A stretch of DNA of 64,000 nt from assembly GCF_004010195.1 (NCBI RefSeq), contig NC_057719.1:50581008-50645007 (forward strand), read 5' to 3'. The notes beneath the pieces were generated by a model, which was not told the origin of the DNA, ran no database searches, and worked only from the letters and a program-made list of their open reading frames with translations. How positions within the stretch are numbered: the first letter of the stretch is position 1; the number at the start of each line of letters is the position of its first letter. This document shows positions 25,361 through 38,800 of this stretch, one piece after another. The stretch comes from Chiloscyllium plagiosum (Eukaryota). The position numbers and the translations under genes were made by a program.

Positions 25361-27639
25361 ACATTGCCAATTTACAGTCTGTCACTCGGCCCATTTAGAC
25401 AATCAGAATAAACTAACCAATGGCAAATTGAGATGAAAGAGTGAACTAACAAATATAAAATATAAGAACTGCAAACAGCTTGAAATTAAAACACAAAATC
25501 TATAAAAGTCAACTGTTTTACATTAATAAAGGGTTTCCTACCATCACAACTGCGTATGTTCCAGTCTTGCTGCATAGAAAACAAAGACAACTGTGACTGA
25601 ATATGAAGTTTAGACTTCTGGATTCATGAAATCCTCTATAATCATGCTCTTCTCTGTGAATTCCACATACCCATAGTCCCTTGGGGGCACACAATTCCAG
25701 ATTGTGCCAGTTAGTCATGACCTTCATTGTTTTCATAGGAAATTCTCATTGATGCCTGCCTTCAGTGACATAAAGAAATCGTTTTGCAGGAAGAGGTGGT
25801 CTGACATCTCTTGCTTTCTAGTAGTATTGAGCTTGAATATTATAAACAGATCTGTCAAGACTTCTGCATGCCATTTTTCAGTACAGTATGAAGTGGAGAC
25901 ATTGGTGTATTTGCGGCCCTAAATTAAAATTACTTCACACAACCTACTTGAGTTTAAATTTAAAAGTTCATTGAAGCATTTATGAAACCCTGAATTCATG
26001 AACCAGTATTGTCACATTTAAGATTATGCAGATGGGCTTATATTCAAATAAATTGGTTTGGATTATTGTAGTCAAACAAATCTATGCAAACATTGAAATC
26101 TAGTTAATATCTTTGGTTAGCACATTGTTCTTTCATTTGAGAGAACCCAGTGTAAGTTTTGTTATATTTGGCATGTAAGCATTGCTAGAAAAAAAATCTA
26201 AGATGGCAGATTGAAGTGATGGCCATTAAATAAATTAGACTAATCTCAACCTAATTCCAAAGTACATAAACCTTATATTTAAGGTTAACTTCGTATAAAA
26301 TTTTTTACATTGTATTTTAAGTTTTCTTTTGTTAATCAAAAGACAATGGCCCTCTTTTGAATAATAAGCAGTTCTGGGAGATTCTGTCCTGCTTTTTGAA
26401 ATGTTTGCAAGATCCTGGAAGAATTTGTGCGTTACTGGTACCTGGCAAGATGTAACAAATATTAAATTCCTTAATTATTTTTTAAGCATTTCAGCCTCCT
26501 CAGAAGATGGTTGATTATCATTTGTGGTGTATGGAATATGGCTATAGGTTCTGTGATCAGGTTAGACCTGTCCCCAATTGAAAATTGTTAGAGTCCTAAA
26601 TGTTGAGACAAATGTTTTGAAAATGATAAATTATGCCATGAAAATGTTCATACAGAAGGAGTCTTATTGTTGCTGCAGAAGCATTTTGAAATTATAAATT
26701 GCTGTTTCTTTTTTGTTGTTACCAATGTCCTCTTTATGATGTGACCAATCTTGTACTCAACAAATTTCCACATTTTAGTGATTTAATTTTGTAATTACTA
26801 AAAATCTAGACAAAAGTTCGTGTTACAGATTTGACTCTTTATCACAATGCTTTGTTTCTTCTGGCAGTAAGTCTTTCAGAAGGGATTGATTTTATTCAGG
26901 AATGCAAGGCTGCAAGGGCACTAGATAATTAACTTCTCGTGTACCAACGTTTGTTTTGGACTGTACTACTGAAAATACCATTTAACACTACTGTATTTAT
27001 TTTCTTTTATAACCTACTGATTCTGATAATTGTACATGAAACACTTGGAAGTAAATATGGGTGTCGTTCTCCACTGAAAGGCACAAATACAGGAGTGAGT
27101 TACTTCCATTTCATTTGCATTAGCTGTAGCATTATGACATTAAAAGACAATGATGTCAGAAATCTTTCAATGCCCTGGGCTGTTTGATTGTTAATGTATG
27201 CAGTCTAAAACATTCCATTTAAGTCGATAAGCTGTTATGGGCTAAGAGTACTCCCTGACCTTTTTAAACATAAATATTAGTAGGGAAGGCTTTCTTCCTG
27301 ATCAGTTTTAAAAGATAAATCATTGGATTTTTTTGTTTTTTGTGATTTCCCTTTCTTTGATTTTACTCAAATCACCCATGAGATGTGAGTATTACTAACA
27401 TAGCCAACATTTATTACCCATCTATATTCCCATTGAGAAAATGGTGGCGTGGTACTTCCATCAACCACTTACAGTCCATACATTCAAAATCATCCCAAGC
27501 CAAATCACAATAACTTTATCCTGAATGTAGCTATGTAGCAAATGGTCTTAGTGCTATGCCAGTCAGATTGTTGTGGTTATGAGCCATCGTCAGTTCAAGA
27601 GGGTGGCCACTTTGCTCTATGGCAACATGCTACATGGAA

Positions 27640-30390
27640 ATACAGGTAGAAGTAGGCCATTGATCACTCGAGCGGGAAAATCCTTCCTGCATCTAACCTG
27701 TCTAGACCTGTTCGGATTTTATAGATTTCAATGAGGTCCTCCTCTATTCTTCTAAGCTCCAATGAATACAATCCTAACAAACTTGATCTTTCTTCATAAG
27801 TCACTCCTGCCATCCCAGGAGTTAATAAATGTTTTCACTGCACTCCCTCTCTAACAAAAACATCCTTCCTCAGACAAGGAGACTAAAACTGTGCACACTA
27901 TTTGAGGTATGACCTTATCAATGCTATACATTGTTGCAGCAAGACATCCTTGCTCCAGCAGATGAATCCTTTTGCTATGAAAGCCAACATACAGTTTGCC
28001 TTCTTTTCTGCCTGCTTCACCTGTGTACTTACTTTGTGACTATACATGAGGACACTCGGGTCTTGTACAACATTCCCCTGTCTTAATTTACAGCCATTCA
28101 AATAATGTGCCTTCCAATTATCCTCAGATTTTTTCACATTGTCTGCATCTGCCATGTGTTTGTCTATTCACTAAATCTGTCTAAATCACACTGCAACATT
28201 TCTGCATCCTCATCATAGCTCATCCTCCCAGCTTAATGTCATCTGCAGATTTTGAGGTTTTACATTTAGTTTTGTCAGCTAAATTATTAATATATATTTT
28301 ATTTCTATTCTTTGTTTCCTGTCTGCTAACATGTTTTCCATGCATCTCTATCCAATACCCCCAATGCCTTGCACTAAATTTCCTTTATGGGGCTTTTTCA
28401 AAGGCCTTCTGAATGTCCAAATGAACCTCATCCACTGGCTCCCCCAATCAACTTTGCTAGTTACAACCTCGAAGAATTCCAGTAGATTTGTCAAACATGA
28501 TTTCCCTTTTGTAAATCCACACTGTCTCACATCCTTCCACAGTTGAATTGAATTTATTGTCATATGTACTGAGGCACAGTGAAAAGCTTTGTCTTGCAAG
28601 CAGATCACGGAGTTAAGTAGCATAGATAAGTAAATAATAGGTAAACAGCGGCAAAACCCCACTCAGTATTTGAACAACTGTTACGAAACAGATATGTGTG
28701 TGTGTGCGTGTGTTCAGCCTTCTGTGTGTACCTTCTCCTCGATGGTGGAGGTTGCAGAAAAGCATTGCCAGGATGGGATGGATCTTTGAGAATGCTGGCG
28801 GTCTTTCCTTGACAGCAGGCCTGGTAGATGGATTCTATAGATGGGATGTTGGCCTTTGTGATTGTCCGGGGCCGAGTTCACCACTCTCTGTAACCATCTC
28901 CGATCTTGAATGGTACAGTTGTCATACCAGGTAGTGATACATCCAGACAGAATGCTCTCTGGCGCAAGTTGGCAAGGGTATTCACCATCATGCCAAATTT
29001 CCTCGGCTGCCTGAGGAAAAAGAGATATTGTTGGGCCTTTGTAACCAGTGCGTCCCCATGAAGAGTCTAAGAAAGCTTGTAGTGGATGACCACTCCGAGG
29101 AGCTTGACACTCTCCACTCATTACACTCCGTGCTATTAAGGGGGCATGAATAACATCCCGCCAAAAGTCAATAATGAGTTCCTTGGTTTTGCCGGCATTG
29201 AGAGCTAGGTTGTTCTCAGTGCACCATTTTTTTCAGGTCTTCCACCTCCTGTGTGTAGTCTGTTTGGTCGCCATCTGAGATTCGACTGACTATGGTGGTG
29301 TCATCAGCAAACTTGTAAATGGCATTAGTCTGGTATTTGGCGATGCAGTCATGGATATACAGTGAGTACAGTAGGGGGCTGAGTACGCACCCCTGGGGGG
29401 CTCCAGTATTGAGTGTTAGTGAGGATGAAATATTGTCTCCAATCTTCATTGATTATGGCCTATGGGTGAGGAAACTGAGGATCCAGTTGCAGAGAGTGGG
29501 GCTTAGTCCAAGATTGCTGTTTTTAGGAATCAGTCTCAAGGGGACAATAGTGTTGAAGGATGAATTGTAGTCAATGAGTAGTCTTCTTACATAGCTGTTC
29601 TTGGTGTCAAGATATTCTCGGGAGGAGTGAAGGGCAAGTGATATGGCATCTGACGTGGATCTGTTGATCTGATAGGCAAATTGGAGTGGTCAAGAGTTGT
29701 GGGGAGGCTGGAGTTGATTAAGGGCTGTTGTCTAAGGGCCTTGTTATAAAATCCTTGATAATGGACTCCAGCATCTTCCAATTATTGATATCAGACTTAT
29801 TGGTCTATAATTCCCTGTTTTCACTCTACTTCCCTTTTTAAATAGGTTAAATTAGCTATCCTCCACTCTGTAGGAACTATTCTAGAGTCTAAAGAATCTT
29901 GGAAGATGACCATCAATGCAGCCACTATTTAAAGGGATACTTCTTTAAGTCCTCTGTGATGTAGCTTATCAGGCCCTGCCAATTATCAGTTTTCAATCTC
30001 ATTAATTTCTCCACCACCATTTCTTCCATTCCTTCCTCTCACTAAACTCCTATTATTTCTGGTACATTATTTGTGCCCTTCTTTGTGAAGACAGAAGTGA
30101 AGTATGAATTTAGTTTGCCAACCGTTTTTTGTATCCTGTTTCTGACTGTAAGGGACTTACCTTAGTTTTCACGTCTTTTTCTCTTCACATACTTTTAGAA
30201 ACTTTTACAGTCAGTTGTTGTGTTCTTCTACAAGCTTACCCTCATACTGTATTATCACCTTCTTAATCAATTCCTTGGTCATCCTTTTCTGACTTCTACA
30301 CTATTCTCAATTCTCAGGTCTCTATTTTTCTCTTTTAGCCAATTTGTATGCCTCTTATGTTTGCATCTAATACTATCTGTAACTACTAAA
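27640..30390 (-). mobile_element. CR1-type LINE (degenerate ORF2) split by a Rex-Babar insertion
   Basis: Minus ORFs give GFTKGKSCLTNLLEFFEVVT and QAEKKANCMLAFIAKG; homologous sequence resumes after about 29740. Confidence 0.8.
28545..29740 (-). mobile_element. Rex1/Babar-clade LINE, 5'-truncated
   Basis: KIGDNISSSLTLNTGAPQGCVLSPLLYSLYIHDC...KFADDTTIV and ESILSGCITTWY..CT.QDRR.LQRVV are typical of Rex1/Babar; short (AATTC)n tail near 28545. Confidence 0.85.
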
Positions 30391-31849
30391 TCAGTCTCTC
30401 ACCTGCTCCATTTGCATGCAATATACATGACAAACATACTGCATATGCATAAATCAAATGGCTGTGCCTTAAAGTATGAGGTCAGTAGTCCTCAGTCAGG
30501 TCAACGGAAGACAGCCTTCAGTCAGGGTGGTCTGATATCAAACCAGAGGCTCAAACACTGTCAGTTAGCCACTGGTGATGGTTAGTGTTGGGGGTCTGTG
30601 TCACTGCAATCCAGGGAGTTGGCCATGGTCACTCCTATAGTTCCAATGTAACCAGCTTAGGTGACCAGAAATCAGTGAGGGGTCTGGTCAGTCATCAGTC
30701 TGGACTGTCTGTCCAAGTTGGTACATCAGGGGCCACTATTGTATGAGGGAAGTAGGGAGAGATCATTTGTGGGGTTTGGAGACTGAATGCTACGATGCAG
30801 AGGAGATAATAATTGTGATGGGGCAACATAACTTCTAATGGGGGGAGACAATAGTGCATTGGAAGACATGGGTTATGGTGGGATTCAGGATCATTGCTGT
30901 TCAGAACCAACTCTAGCTCAGACAAGGTGACAATGTAGTGTGATGGCTGCATGGCTAAGCTGCAAATTGGAGCTCAGGAGTAACGTTGAAAGATAAAATT
31001 GTAATTCAAAGAGACACGTGGGATCAATAGGTGGATCAGTACTCATGGGCTGGACAGGGAGTGCCCCTTGACTACGAGAATGAGCCTGTAACTGCGCCAA
31101 GCATAACCTGTGTTGCTTTACACACTCAAGCACTGGACATGGAAAATGATGTGACCTCATCCAGAGTGAGTGGACTAAGTGTTTCCTTTTCTATCTGAGC
31201 ATTCTGGCTCTACTTGAGTGATATGAGGCCTTTGAAAAATGAATTGAATTGATTTGCAATTTTGCCAGTGGAGTCCTCTGAATTCATTGCAAGTGTTTCA
31301 TATGCAGGATACTATGTCCTGTACAAGACCTGATCAGAAGAAATCTTGGTTATATTGTTAGTCATTGCAGATTGAAGATCTTCATCTTCGTGAAGCAGAA
31401 CTAACCACATGGGAGCATTAATAGTGGCACCTGCAGATCACAAATCACAAAGGCAATTCAAAAATCTCTTAGGCTTCAGAAGGGCATGGAACTGATGTAC
31501 TGTCACCTTGAATTGTAAGTATTCGCCAACATGCTCTTATGCTGTTTTTCTTGGATATTGGGGACAAGGTGTCAGTTGTCATGCTGGACTTACAATTTCC
31601 TCTTGTATTAGTGGAGCATGGCTTGTGTTGTATTTATTGGGGTTAGTTTCTTGTGTTAAAGGTCCATTTAGGGGCATTCCCACAGTATAGAGGGCTGTAT
31701 AAACTGTGATTTATGAGTAATGCAAATACTGACTTCTTGCATGACCAAGGACCTATTCTGCTTCTTATGTTCCCCAGGTTTATTGGAAGTGTGACCAATG
31801 GATTCAGCCACAGTAGGGGATATAATTGCTGTTTTTGTAGTGCAATCAA

Positions 31850-32900
31850 TGCTCAGACAAATGGAGGATGACCAGATGCACCATCAAGCACAGGATCAAC
31901 TGCACACTACAGCAGATGCCGAACTGCCTCCAAGTGAAGATATCAGAGCTGAAGGTCTCCTCCTGAAAATGAGGTGGTATGGAAGGCCCAGAATTGATTG
32001 TCTTTGATGCCATTTCCTCCAGATGAATGAGGTGCAGTGTCACCACAGACTAAGAATGTCTGAGGACACTGTGGCAGAGTGTTGTCATCAATGTGATAGA
32101 TGTACAAAGCATTTAATGCATCAGGCTGCTTCCATGGATCCATTGGATGTTACCGATGCATTTTGTGATAGATCACACTGCTTCATCTCATTTCCCTGAG
32201 ATGAGCTCAGTACTACAGCCCACACAATAGGCTTTGGTAATATAGTTGGTTTCCTCCAGGCACAGGGCATTATAAACTGCAGATGTTGCAAGAGACTGTG
32301 TACACATCAGATCGAGAGCACCATATCATTATGCTGCTGACTTCATGAACGTAAAAAAATTCCATTCCATCAAAGTCATCTATGATCATCAGTACCAAAT
32401 CTTAGAAGACTCCCTCCCATTGGAATTGCTACATTACCAATATTCTTGAAAACTCTCATGTTCCTGCTTTGTGTCAAGAATGGGAGACCTCACATAGAAG
32501 CTTACTAAGAGATCAGGGCTGCTGTCTGAAAGCATGGCTGATGAATTGTGTTATGCAACCCAATTGAGGCTGAACATAGATAAGAATGCTACCCATTTTT
32601 CGACCTGGGCCACTGTGGGGCAGATATTAGCTTCCTGAAAGTACAAATTAAATTGCTTGGATCAGTCTGAGGAAACCTTGCAATGTGCTACGTAATCCTA
32701 GCATGGTGTGCTCTTCACAACTGGAGGAGGTAAACTGGCATGTGATGGACTCTCAACAGTTAGAAGAATGACAATATCTTCCAAGCAGAAAGATGAGAAC
32801 ACTGAGCAGGAGAAATATCAGCTTCAACATAAGAGCGCTGCAACATTGGACAACAAGCCAGACATGATTTAATTTATACCCGATTCTAGTCAATGTGAGC
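31850..32900 (+). pseudogene. Fossil PIF/Harbinger (HARBI1-like) DDE transposase
   Basis: Hand translation gives colinear decayed motifs: GFGNIVGFLQAQGIINC (from 32230), FMNVKKFHSIKV (32342), LLRDQGCCLKAWLMN (32502), NATH..TWATVGQ, CLDQSEETLQ, CALHN. Confidence 0.75.
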
Positions 32901-33264
32901 TGGATGTAGTGATCCCTCAATGACTAAGTTTTTTTTGCTGCTTGAAGGCAAACATTCCCTGTCTGTTCCCAGAAGCAAAAACAGCTTTTGTTTGTTTGTT
33001 TCTTTGTTTTTACTGCTGCTAAATAAAAGTGAATGTTTTCAATTGTTTTGTCCCATTTTGAAGATTGCCAAAGTGTTAGGCAACACTGGGCATTGGGAAC
33101 AGGGTAAACAGGATGGGGGAGGGGTGCTGAGAACTTAGACTTGCTGTGCAGGGCAATTATTTGTTACTGATCCCCAAAGTGGAACAAGAAAGGTAGAGTA
33201 ATGTGAGCATAAAATAAACAGCAGCAAATATGGATAAAGGAGGTACAAAAAGTAAAAAGATACA

Positions 33265-35065
33265 ATTAATGGTTCTTAAATGCACGTAGCATTCAGTACA
33301 AAATTAATGAATTACCAGAGCAAATGGCGGTTAATGAGCATGATCTCTTAGCCTTTGCAGAGACATGGTTGCAAAGAGACTGAAGCTGGGAACTAAATAC
33401 TCAGGGTATGTGATGTTTTGAAACAACAGGCAGGAGGAGAAGGGTAATGAGATGGCTTTGTTAGTATGTGGTAGAATGAGTATATTGACAAGAAATGATC
33501 TTGGATCAAATGGTATAGAAGCCTTGTGGCTGGAGCTAAGAAATAACAAGGGGAAGAAAACACTAGTGGGAGTAGTCACTAGACCCCTAACAGTAGCAAT
33601 GCGGTAGGACAGACGATAAATCAGGAGGTAACAAGCACGTGTGATAAAGGTGGTCTAACTTAATTTTCATGTAGATTGAGAGAGTCAGATTGGCAGAGGT
33701 AGCCACGAGGAAGAATTCATATTCGGGACAGTTTTCAAAACAATACATTGTGGATCCAACGACCAATCAGGCTATGCTGGATTTGGTAATGTGTAATGAA
33801 ACAATTGTTATAAATTATTTCAGAATCAAAGTTGCCTCATGGAACAGTGACCAAGTCATGGTGGAGTTTAGTCAGAAACTTGGGTCAGATGCAGTTGCGT
33901 TAAATTGAGTGAATGTAATTACGTGGGAATGAGGGCAGAGTTTGTAGAAATTGACTTGGAAAGCAGTTTAGCAGAAAAGACAGTTGATGAACAATGGCAG
34001 GTGTTTAAAAACAAACATGGCTCACAGTAAAGATATACTCCAGACAGGAGGAAGGATTCTATGGAAGGGAATTAACCAACCATGGTAGATCAGAGAAATT
34101 AAGGACAGCAACAAATCGAAAGAAAAAGCAACTTACAATGTGGTAAATCAGAGGATTGGGAAAGTTTGAAAAGCCAACAAAAGATGATCAATAAAATAAT
34201 AGATGGAAAACATAAACAATGATGACTAACTCACAAATATAATGATGGACAATAAGAGCTTCTTTAAATATATGTGGAAGAAGAGAGTGACAACAGTGAA
34301 CATAGGCCTCTTAACGATCAAGGGTGATGAAATAATAAGGGGGAGTCAGGAAATGGCAGTAGTGTTGATTAAATACTTTGCATCAGTCTTTGTGGTAAAA
34401 GGTGCTGATAACATTTCAGAAATACTAAATAATCAAGGGATTGGAGAAAATAAGCACTAACTATTACTGGGGGAAAAATACTCGAAAGTAATGGGGCTAA
34501 AGGGTGGTTTGTTCTCTGGACCTGATGGATTGCATCTGAGGATTTTCAAGGAAGTAGCTGCAGAGATAGTGGATGTTCTGAGAGCAATCTTCCTGGAATC
34601 CTTAATTCTGGAAAATTCCAAGAGGATTGCAAAACTGCCACGTAACATGATTATTCAAAAAGGGAGGAAGACAAAAATAACTAAATATAGGTTAGTTAGC
34701 TTAACATCTATCATTGGGAAAATATTCAAGTCAAGGATGTTGTAACAGTGTTTTGAAGCACATAATAGAAGCAAGGTTAGCATGGCTTCGTGTAAAGGAA
34801 ATCATGTCTGACAAACGTGTTACAGTTCTTTGAAGAGGTAACGAGTGTGATAGATAAAGGAGAAAAAGTTGGCATCATACATTTGGATTTCCAGAAGGCA
34901 TTTGATAAGGCACCACACATAGGGCGATATTAATGAGGGGGAAAAAAGCGCATGGCAATGGGGGTAGTATGTAAGTATGCAGAGAGGATTGGCTAGCCAG
35001 TAGAAGACAGTTCGGAAAGAAGGGTCATTTTCAGGATGGCAAACTTGTGGAGTGTCATTAGGATT
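33265..35065 (+). mobile_element. Degenerate CR1 LINE ORF2 (AP endonuclease to N-terminal RT)
   Basis: LNARSI...ETWL endonuclease motifs, then PT.NQAMLDLVMCN, SGPDGLHLRIFKE, YRLVSLTSIIGKIF and HLDFQKAFDK, with many stops. Confidence 0.85.
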
Positions 35066-35526
35066 GGGGGAGGGGGGTTGACTAAAGCCTGGTCCAGGGT
35101 TGAGGTTGTGTCTTCAGTACAGCTTTAAAAAAAGTTTAAGGATGAAATCCCAGAATTCAGCAGAAGGCACAGGTAAGAATAGAATGCTTCCAATGATGGA
35201 TTTCCAGAAGGCCAGAGTTGCAGCAGAGGCCATGGAGGAATTTGAACATGAATAGAGGCATAGCTAAAAGATTGGATGTGAGAGAAAGATTTTGTATCAG
35301 ATGAAAGTCACATTCTTGTGCACTGTGCAGGAGCACAAGAGAGTTGTTTAAATGAAAGTTCCACATGTTGCATCAGTATTCAGGTCTTGTAATACACTGT
35401 ATTGAGAATTTCAAATTTGTTGAGGGTAAAACGAATGTCTGGCACAGAAGTAACTTTACATTTTGGTGGCAGCTTAGTGATGATAGACATGTGTCTGTTC
35501 CACATGAGACCAAAGAGTAGTGAAGT

Positions 35527-36519
35527 AAAAACAACGACTGCAGATGCTGGAAACCAGATTCTGGATTAGTGGTGCTGGAAGAGTACAGCAGTTCAGGCAG
35601 TATCCAAGGAGCAGCGAAATCGACATTTTGGGCAAAAGCCCTTCATCAGGAATAAAGGCAGAGAACCTGAAGCGTGGAGAGATAAGCTAGAGGAGGGTGG
35701 GGACAAAGTAAAGTAGCATAGAGTAATAGGTGAGTGGGGGAGAGGATGAAGGTGATAGGTCAGGGAGGAGAGGATGGAGTGGATAGGTGGAAAAGGAGAT
35801 AGGCAGGTAGGACAAGTCCGGACAAGTCATGGGGACAGTGCTGAGCTGGAAGTTTGGAACTAGGGTGAGGTGGGGGAAGGGAAAATGAGGAAGTCCACAT
35901 TGATGCCCTGGGGTTGAAGTGTTCCGAGGCGGAAGATGAGGCATTCTTCCTCCAGGTATCTGGTGGTGAGGGAGCGGCGGTGAAGGAGGCCCAGGAGCTC
36001 CATGTCCTCGGCACCACACCGCCCTGTGGCCCAACATTTCAACTCCCCCTCCCACTCTGCCGAGGACATGGAGGTCCTGGGCCTCCTTCACCGCCGCTCC
36101 CTCACCACCAGACGCCTGGAGGAAGAATGCCTCATCTTCCGCCTCGGAACACTTCAACCCCAGGGCATCAATGTGGACTTCAACAGTTTCCTCATTTCCC
36201 CTTCCCCCACCTCGCCCTAGTTCCAAACTTCCAGCTCAGCTCTGTCCCCATGACTTGTCCGGACTTGTCTTACTTGCCTATCTCCTTTTCCACCTATCCA
36301 CTCCATCCTCTCCTCCCTGACCTATCACCTTCATCCTCTCCCCCACTCACCTATTACTCTATGCTACTTTCTTCCCATGCCACCCTCCTCTAGCTTATCT
36401 CTCCACGCTTCAGGCTCTCTGCCTTTATTCCTGATGAAGGGTATTTGCCCGAAACGTCGATTTCGCTGCTCCTTGGATGCTGCCTGAACTACTGTACTCT
36501 TCCAGCACCACTAATCCAG
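35527..36519. mobile_element. Fold-back Penelope-like retroelement (two inverted 3' fragments)
   Basis: Arms ~35560-36013 and 36058-36520 are near reverse complements and encode a GIY-YIG C-terminus (VAQHFNSPSHS...RRLEEECLIFRLGTLQPQGINVDF). Flanking duplication AAAGA(G/T)TAGTGAAGT at 35512-35526 and 36520-36534. Confidence 0.9.
36427..36462 (+). ncRNA. Minimal type I hammerhead ribozyme motif (Penelope-associated)
   Basis: CTGATGA (36431-36437), extra A, GGG-TATTTG-CCC stem II, GAAA, palindromic ACGT stem III and GTC cleavage triplet; stem I is short. Confidence 0.7.
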
Positions 36520-36549
36520 AAAGATTAGTGAAGTTAAGTTTGTAAGAAA

Positions 36550-36912
36550 TGGTGGCATCATGATAATGTAATGTCACTGATTTAGCAATCTGGAGTACCC
36601 AAGCAATGCTGTAGTGGACATGGTTCAAATCCCACCAGAGGAGCTGTTTGAATTTAAATTTAACAGTAAATTTGAAACTGAACTCTCATCAACAACAATG
36701 ACTGTGAACCTATCTCTGCTGTGAAAAATCTATGTGGTTGACTAATATCCTATAAGTCTGGTCTATATGTAACCCCAGATCCACAGTGAATGAAGCTGAT
36801 TCTGAACTGTTCTGTGAAATAGTGGTGCAAGCCATTCAGTTCAAGGGCCATCAGAAATGGGCAACACATGCTGCCTTTGACAACAGTAATTCCATAAAAG
36901 AACTAAAAAAAA
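36550..36912 (+). mobile_element. Old tRNA-derived SINE with L2/CR1-like tail
   Basis: A-box-like ggtggcatcatg, B-box ggttcaaatccc near 36622, 3' gggcaacacatgctg tail and poly(A). Confidence 0.6.
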
Positions 36913-37445
36913 AACCCAGCATATAACTATTAAAAATGCATTGAACTAAACTTGCAATGTATATGAAACAATAATTGGTGAATAAGATTTATGAACAAAA
37001 AGTTCAATGCATTTTGGTGAGCAAATTTGATATTCAGTTTATTTTACTGTGATTTTAATGTAGCAGTAGTTCAAATTAATGAGCTGATGGGATATCTATG
37101 TTTGGCAAAATTAAATTAGTGCAGGTAGCCTTAATTAAAGTTGGGACTGTGTTCCTGTAAAACAGAGTATTTTAAATGAATCATTGACTTCTCTGGAAAA
37201 CTATGTTAATGTCAGAGTTAGGTTCCTTCATTTTCTTGCCTGGAGAAGCTAATCAATATGTTGAATCATTGTACAATACATGTGCAGGACTATGCATTCA
37301 TAAGTAAAATAGCATGAAAAGTACAATAAATCACTGAATAAAACAGGAATACTGTATACATTCTGTAACACTTAGCCATCTCTTTTGAAAGCAAACTTTA
37401 ATGGCTTCTCCCACATTGTCTCTCTAACCCTCCCTTTTCCAGTTT

Positions 37446-37470
37446 CTGTCTGTCTGTCTCTCTCTCTCTC
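37446..37470. repeat. (TCTG)n(TC)n microsatellite
   Basis: tctgtctgtctgtctctctctctctc. Confidence 0.8.
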
Positions 37471-38800
37471 GGTTGGAACCCAACACAAAAATGCAAAATT
37501 ATTTTAATCTGGAAATGAAGACAGATTTCAAGGGACCAGGCCAAAAGATAAAGCAAAGTTACAATGGAAGAACATTAATCTAAGTGACGTAACATCAGGA
37601 CTGTCTGTATCAAGAAATTACTTTGTCAAAATGCAAAATGGGAAATAAATACTTTATAAGACTTGAGAAAACTTTTCTCAAATTGAAAAATGTTTATTTT
37701 TACAATTTATTCCTTTTCTAAGCATACACCTATTTATTAGGCAATTAACAAAACAGATAAAAATATCAACATGTCATTGACATTTAATCAGTGAGGTGCC
37801 ATTATGAAATTTCTGGCAACTTGAGCACTGCTATTCTCTGCATGCTGTTCTGAACTGAAAGAGTAGATGTAGTTTCAGGCAATTCCAGGAACCCAAATGC
37901 AAGCTTAATTCCATGGTGATTGTCAAATACAATAAACAAGAATTAGAATTCTACTGGTATAGGTTCAAATTGAAATGTGAAATTTCAGTACAGAATGCAT
38001 TTGAGAATTTAATCAGTAAAAACACTGTTGGAACATTAACTCTCAGTGTTCTGAATTTCAAAAAGATCATTCTGCAGAAAATGAACTTATTTTGTGAACT
38101 GTAAGCTAGGAAACTTCATTAAATGTTATTGTATTGACTTTGTTCTATTTGTAATGTAAACTGGGAAAAATTGAAGTTTGGACACTATTACAGAGAGTGT
38201 CCTGAGTGCTTTTTGTTGCAAATTGAAGGCCAAAAAAGAACTGTTTGGTGTCCTCATTGATTGTACAGGACATGTAACTGCTGCAGAAGCTGGATTTGAT
38301 ACTTTTGTGAGACAAGGTGCCTTTGAGTTGACAAGTTACCAGCAACAATCTTTCGAATTTCTAAGCTGTAGTTTGTCACAAACCTCAAGTGCAGTTGAAC
38401 TCTGATGTGTAGAAAGAATGTAAGCAAAGACATGTGTTCCCCTTTTCCATTCTCTTAAGAGTGGAAACAAAACCTCAATGACCGTAAAAAGAACTGCTAA
38501 CTCAAGCAAAGGCCTAAGTCCAACCGACTAGCAATCGAATTGAGGATCATGCATAGTTCTTGTTGACACAATGTCGCATCATTGTCACACTTCCAAAGAA
38601 GTATGAAGTAGTCATCTCATTCACCCCTTGTGTTTTGGACTCTGGATCCGCAAAATTTCTTTTCCATTTTTTGCCTTGATTTCCATGCATGATATTTCTG
38701 CAGAATACTTTTGTCTATTGTATTTATGAATGAAAGTGTGCATGTATGGGTCTAAATGGGATATAGTTTAAGTTTACTTGATAAAACTTAATAAGCAGTT

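Noticed and set aside
35687..36393. 179-aa and 159-aa mirror-image ORFs as novel genes
   Set aside because: Off-frame readings of the inverted Penelope arms; the true frame is the GIY-YIG fragment.
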